From the NCBI GenBank assembly GCA_029856155.1, contig JAHQWL010000092.1, forward strand, positions 1 through 64,000: a stretch of DNA of 64,000 nt, read 5' to 3'. A program made the position numbers and the translations under genes. Position 1 is the first letter of the stretch. Each line of letters opens with the position of its first letter. Source of the DNA: Promethearchaeia archaeon. GTDB lineage: Archaea > Asgardarchaeota > Lokiarchaeia > Sigyniarchaeales > SOKP01. The notes below the pieces were generated by a model that was not told where the DNA came from, did not search any database, and saw nothing but the letters and a program-made list of their open reading frames with translations. Below, piece by piece: positions 60,280-64,000 of this stretch.

Positions 60280-60957
60280 ATTTCAAAATTATCTAGAAGA
60301 GAGCGCGAAACTTTACAACGTCGCAATGAAATTTTGAAAGCTGCTGAAAATAGATTTTTCGAAAAAAGTTATGATGAAGTTTCCATGGATGATATTGCTA
60401 GTGATTTAGAGCTTTCTAAGACGGCACTTTATTATCATTTTAAAAATAAAGCTTCATTATATTTTGCTGTAGTAATTAAAGGCGAGGTTATCCTTAGAGA
60501 TAAATTTAAAAATGCTGTACAAAAAGAGGCAACCGGATTGGGAAAAATAATAAGCATAATTCATAATTTCTCTGAATATATACAAAAATATTCAGATTAT
60601 TATCGCCTTAATCTTTCAGTCAGAGTACCACGATTTATGAATATGCTTCAAAAATGTGAAGACGGAATCCCAGAAATTGAAAATGCAGAAGAATATGCTG
60701 GATTAAAAAAAGAATTACTTGATATAATAACTGAAACTATCAAGTTAGGAATCCAGGATGGTACAATGAGAAAAGACTTAGATCCAATACAGACTGTAAT
60801 GTTTTTAGGGTCTGCCATTGAGGATATGGTATACTTATCTCCTGTAAATCAATTACTCTTAGAGATGAGTGGTGCCACTGCAGAGGGATATCTTAAACAC
60901 TCAATTGACTTGTTATTGCAAGGGATAGCTAATAAAAAAAATAAAGAAAAATGGTGA
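60280..60957 (+). CDS. TetR/AcrR family regulator; probable ATT start
   Basis: HTH SMDDIA..LELSK.ALYYHF.NK; in-frame upstream SKLSRRERETLQRRNEIL (TetR helix 1) starts at ATT 60280, 6 nt after GGTGA. Confidence 0.88.
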   Translation: MSKLSRRERETLQRRNEILKAAENRFFEKSYDEVSMDDIASDLELSKTALYYHFKNKASLYFAVVIKGEVILRDKFKNAVQKEATGLGKIISIIHNFSEYIQKYSDYYRLNLSVRVPRFMNMLQKCEDGIPEIENAEEYAGLKKELLDIITETIKLGIQDGTMRKDLDPIQTVMFLGSAIEDMVYLSPVNQLLLEMSGATAEGYLKHSIDLLLQGIANKKNKEKW

Positions 60958-60963
60958 TAAAAA

Positions 60964-61530
60964 TTGGAAAAAAGCAAAATATTAATTGTTTATGGTACTC
61001 GTTACGGAGCGACAACTGGTACCGCAGAAGAGATTGGTAAAGTTCTTCGGGATGATGAAGGATTTGAGGTAAAAGTTGTAAATCTCAAAGAAGAGAAGGT
61101 CAAAGATGTCAAGGAATATGATCTTGTTATTATTGGAAGTGGAATGAAAATGGACATGTGGACGAGTAAAGCTAAAGCCTTTTTAAACAAGTTTAGCAGT
61201 GAACTTAAGAAAAAGAAAGTGGCAATCTTCGTGTCTTCAGGAGGGCGAGCACTCATGGAATATAAAGGAGAATATGATGAAATAAGTAGAATTACTAAAA
61301 AATATCTTGAAGAAAAAGCTTCTAAATATGATTTGAATCCAATCTCGATGACCATGTTTGGAGGTATCTGGAATTATAACCAGATGGGTAAAATTTACAG
61401 AAAATTCTTAGATCCAGAAAAAGAGAATTTCGCTCCGGCAGGGTTTAAAGAAACAGAGCCAGGAGTTTACGATTCAAGAAATTGGGATGAGATTCGTAAA
61501 TGGGCTAAAGATTTAGCCAGTAAGATATAA
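60964..61530 (+). CDS. Flavodoxin-domain protein (HemG-like)
   Basis: YGTRYGAT..TAEEI, YD.VIIGSG, FGG, D.RNWDEI..WA. Confidence 0.88.
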   Translation: MEKSKILIVYGTRYGATTGTAEEIGKVLRDDEGFEVKVVNLKEEKVKDVKEYDLVIIGSGMKMDMWTSKAKAFLNKFSSELKKKKVAIFVSSGGRALMEYKGEYDEISRITKKYLEEKASKYDLNPISMTMFGGIWNYNQMGKIYRKFLDPEKENFAPAGFKETEPGVYDSRNWDEIRKWAKDLASKI

Positions 61531-61687
61531 AACAACCTTAATTGGAGTAAATTGTCTTAAAACACTTTTTTATATTTCTTTTTTAAATTCATTTAAATAA
61601 TATTTAATTCAAAAGTCTCATTAAATCATCCATAGTTTAAAATAGTGTTTTTGATTTAATAATTAGAACTTAATGGATTGAAAATCT

Positions 61688-63868
61688 ATGATTTTAGCAG
61701 AAAAGAAATATGAAATCCAGGATGTCCAAAAAGGCTATGCAAATCGGACCTTATATATCAATCTTTCTAAAAATGAGATTGCTATTAAACCAGTTTCTGA
61801 TGAAATGAAAGAAAAATTTATTGGGGGGAAAGGTTTTGATTTATGGCTTATGTGGAATTCACTTCCGAAAGATAAAGTAATTAAGTGGGACGATCCTGAA
61901 AATGAAATATGTATTTCCTCTGGACCATTAGGAGGGAGTATCTTCTATCCAGGATCAGGTAAATCATTGGTGACTTCAATTTCTCCTTTAACAGGTATAA
62001 TTGTGGATAGCAATGTAGGTGGTTACTTTGGACCATATCTTAAATTTTCTGGATTTGATGCTATTGAGATTCAAGGAAAAGCTGAACACCATGTGATAAT
62101 AATTATTGATGGAGTAGAAGGTTCAATCCATATAAAAAAAGTAGAATATTCGGATGAATTTTCAGAATATTCCCATGAACTCACTCAACAATTAACAGAA
62201 AAATATGCTAAAGATGATGCTGAAAAAAGACAAATCTCAGTTGTTAGCAGTGGTCCAGCAGCTAGACATTCAAAATGGGGGATGTTAAATTTTTCTTGGT
62301 ATACAACAACACGTAAACATGCTTCTGTCAAGCAAGCTGGGAGGGGGGGAATAGGAACTGTATTTGCTAATAAAAATATAAAGGCACTAGTTTGTCGTTC
62401 TCCTAGAGTGACAATAAAATCAAATAATCCAGCAGATTTAGAGGCAGCTCGAGAATTAGGCAGAATCCATAGTAAAGAAATTGTAGAAATTGATTCTTCA
62501 CAGAATGAAATGAGGCGAGTTGGGACTGGTTATTTACCGGAGATTATGAATGTGGTTGATCTTCTTCCAACGGAAAATTTCAGGTATGGTTCTCATAAAG
62601 AGATCAAGGATAAAAACATACCTTATAATCGTGAAGAGATGCGTAAGGTTTATCATGTTAAAGAAGGAACAGACGGCTGTTGGATTGGCTGTACAATGTC
62701 TTGCTCACACTATACTCTTGGACATAAAGTCATGACTGGTCCATTTAAAGGTCAAGAGGTAATAGTTGATGGCCCTGAATATGAAACTATCGCAGGATGT
62801 GGTTCCAATTGGGGTGTTTGGGATGTAAATTGGGTACTTGAAGTAAACTTCTACTGTGATACATATGGATTAGACACAATTTCAGTAGGAACGGGAATTG
62901 GTTTTGTAATGGAATGTTATGAGAAAGGGATATTAAATAAAGAAATAACGGGAGGACTTGAGCTTAATTTTGGAAATGCAAAGGCTGCAGTAGAATTATT
63001 ACACCAAATGGCTTTAGGAGAAGGATTTGGAGTTATTATTGGTAAGGGAATAAGAGAAATGAAAAAATATTTTGCCGAAAACTATGGTGGTGATCCTCAA
63101 TTTCTACACGATATTGGAATGGAACATAAAGGATTAGAATTTTCAGAATATATAACAAAGGAATCTCTCGCTCAACAAGGAGGATATGGCTTAGCACTCA
63201 AAGGACCACAACATGACGAAGCTTGGTTAATTTTTGAAGATATGGTAAGAAATACAATTCCAACTTTTGAGGATAAAGCCAAGGCACTTCGATGGTTCCC
63301 TTATTGGCGTACTTGGTTTGGTTTAAATGGTCTTTGCAAACTTCCTTGGAACGATGCGATAGGACCTCAAAATAAGGAGCTTACAGTGAAAGATCCTAAA
63401 ACAGGAGAACTCCTACAAGCAAGGATACCTTATCATGTTGAATGGTATGCTAAATATTTTTCAGCTGTTACTGGGAGAAATTCAACACCAGATGATCTCA
63501 TAACAATGTCTGAAAGAGTATACAATTTCCAAAGAATTTTTAATATACGGCTAGGTCAAGGGTTACGAGAAGGGGATTCAAATTTCCCATATAGAGCAAT
63601 GGGACCAGTAACGCCATTAGAATATGAGAGTCGTCAGGAAAGATATGATACTCAACTTAAAGAGTTAGGATTTGAAATATCTGGCAAAAATACAGATGAT
63701 AAGATAAAAATTCTAAGAAAACATCGCGAGGAGCAATATTCAAAACTTCAAGATGCAGTTTATAAAGAACGCGGATGGAATCAAAATGGTTGTCCTACAA
63801 TCGAAAAAGTTAAAGAGTTAGGAATTGATTATGAAGATGTCATAAAATTCATAAAACCTCATCAATGA
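61688..63868 (+). CDS. aor: Tungsten aldehyde:ferredoxin oxidoreductase family
   Basis: IGGKG, SPLTG..DSN.GG, AGRGG.G.V, C..C...C, GPEYET, D.YGLDTIS, RGW...G.PT. Confidence 0.92.
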   Translation: MILAEKKYEIQDVQKGYANRTLYINLSKNEIAIKPVSDEMKEKFIGGKGFDLWLMWNSLPKDKVIKWDDPENEICISSGPLGGSIFYPGSGKSLVTSISPLTGIIVDSNVGGYFGPYLKFSGFDAIEIQGKAEHHVIIIIDGVEGSIHIKKVEYSDEFSEYSHELTQQLTEKYAKDDAEKRQISVVSSGPAARHSKWGMLNFSWYTTTRKHASVKQAGRGGIGTVFANKNIKALVCRSPRVTIKSNNPADLEAARELGRIHSKEIVEIDSSQNEMRRVGTGYLPEIMNVVDLLPTENFRYGSHKEIKDKNIPYNREEMRKVYHVKEGTDGCWIGCTMSCSHYTLGHKVMTGPFKGQEVIVDGPEYETIAGCGSNWGVWDVNWVLEVNFYCDTYGLDTISVGTGIGFVMECYEKGILNKEITGGLELNFGNAKAAVELLHQMALGEGFGVIIGKGIREMKKYFAENYGGDPQFLHDIGMEHKGLEFSEYITKESLAQQGGYGLALKGPQHDEAWLIFEDMVRNTIPTFEDKAKALRWFPYWRTWFGLNGLCKLPWNDAIGPQNKELTVKDPKTGELLQARIPYHVEWYAKYFSAVTGRNSTPDDLITMSERVYNFQRIFNIRLGQGLREGDSNFPYRAMGPVTPLEYESRQERYDTQLKELGFEISGKNTDDKIKILRKHREEQYSKLQDAVYKERGWNQNGCPTIEKVKELGIDYEDVIKFIKPHQ

Positions 63869-63905
63869 ATATTCTTATTCTTAATAATTTATAATTAGAT
63901 TCCAT

Positions 63906-64000
63906 ATGGAAGATATAACTAAACACCCTATTTTAGATATACCAGATAGAAAAAAGATTGCTTTTAGTTTTGATGAGAAAAAGTTAATTGGTTTTGAAGG
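63906..64000 (+). CDS. Start of a sarcosine-oxidase-alpha-like (2Fe-2S/FAD) oxidoreductase, truncated by the window edge
   Basis: Read by hand: MEDITKHPILDIPDRKKIAFSFDEKKLIGFE, the HPIL...F.F.....G.EG N-terminus typical of such proteins next to AOR genes. Confidence 0.6.
   Translation, partial: MEDITKHPILDIPDRKKIAFSFDEKKLIGFE

Noticed and set aside
4213-62735. Antisense or nested ORFs such as 4213, 10954, 27693, 31819, 32696, 41620, 50305, 58623 and 61002
   Set aside because: They are shadows of well-supported genes and have no recognisable protein features
1-64000. rRNA, tRNA, CRISPR arrays, selenoprotein (TGA) readthrough
   Set aside because: None recognised by eye; a tRNAscan/Infernal run would be needed to exclude small RNAs formally

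Overview
AT-rich (roughly 30% GC by eye), gene-dense archaeal DNA. It is most consistent with an Asgard archaeon of the Lokiarchaeia/Promethearchaeota type; this is inferred from a group II chaperonin, HTH-10 regulators, MtrH-like proteins, AOR, a HEAT+LRR protein, GPH-type MFS transporters, GGTGA SD motifs and frequent TTG starts. I see no rRNA, tRNA or CRISPR. The flanks hold ordinary metabolic genes: aconitase, fumC, aclBA, an icd-family dehydrogenase, peptidases, AOR and an IS4-like transposase end. The centre (about 25.9-47.3 kb, with an outlier at 53-56 kb) is a corrinoid-dependent methyl-transfer island. It has three very divergent non-pyrrolysine MttB-superfamily methyltransferases, two near-identical corrinoid proteins each followed by an SCP2 (sterol-carrier) gene, a stand-alone B12 domain, two MtrH-like pterin methyltransferases, an SDR and a RACo-type corrinoid activator. 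These are followed by a chaperonin lacking its catalytic aspartates, a VWA/SWIM pair and a third SCP2-like gene. An 18-bp palindrome, (W)GCTTG-N6-CAAGC(W), recurs in front of these units and at the promoter of a GC-rich, apparently imported hydrolase that has a START-like C-terminal fusion. Three paralogous HTH-10 regulators are the likely binders. My main hypothesis (inference) is an undescribed regulon for anaerobic demethylation of a lipophilic substrate, such as a steroid or methylated lipid, that feeds methyl groups to the pterin C1 pool. Other points: probable ATA/ATT start codons, a triple TetR operator, a frameshifted DppBC fusion, a possible gene-conversion tract, a headless Pelota/aRF1-like protein and an ArcE-like P-loop ligase.
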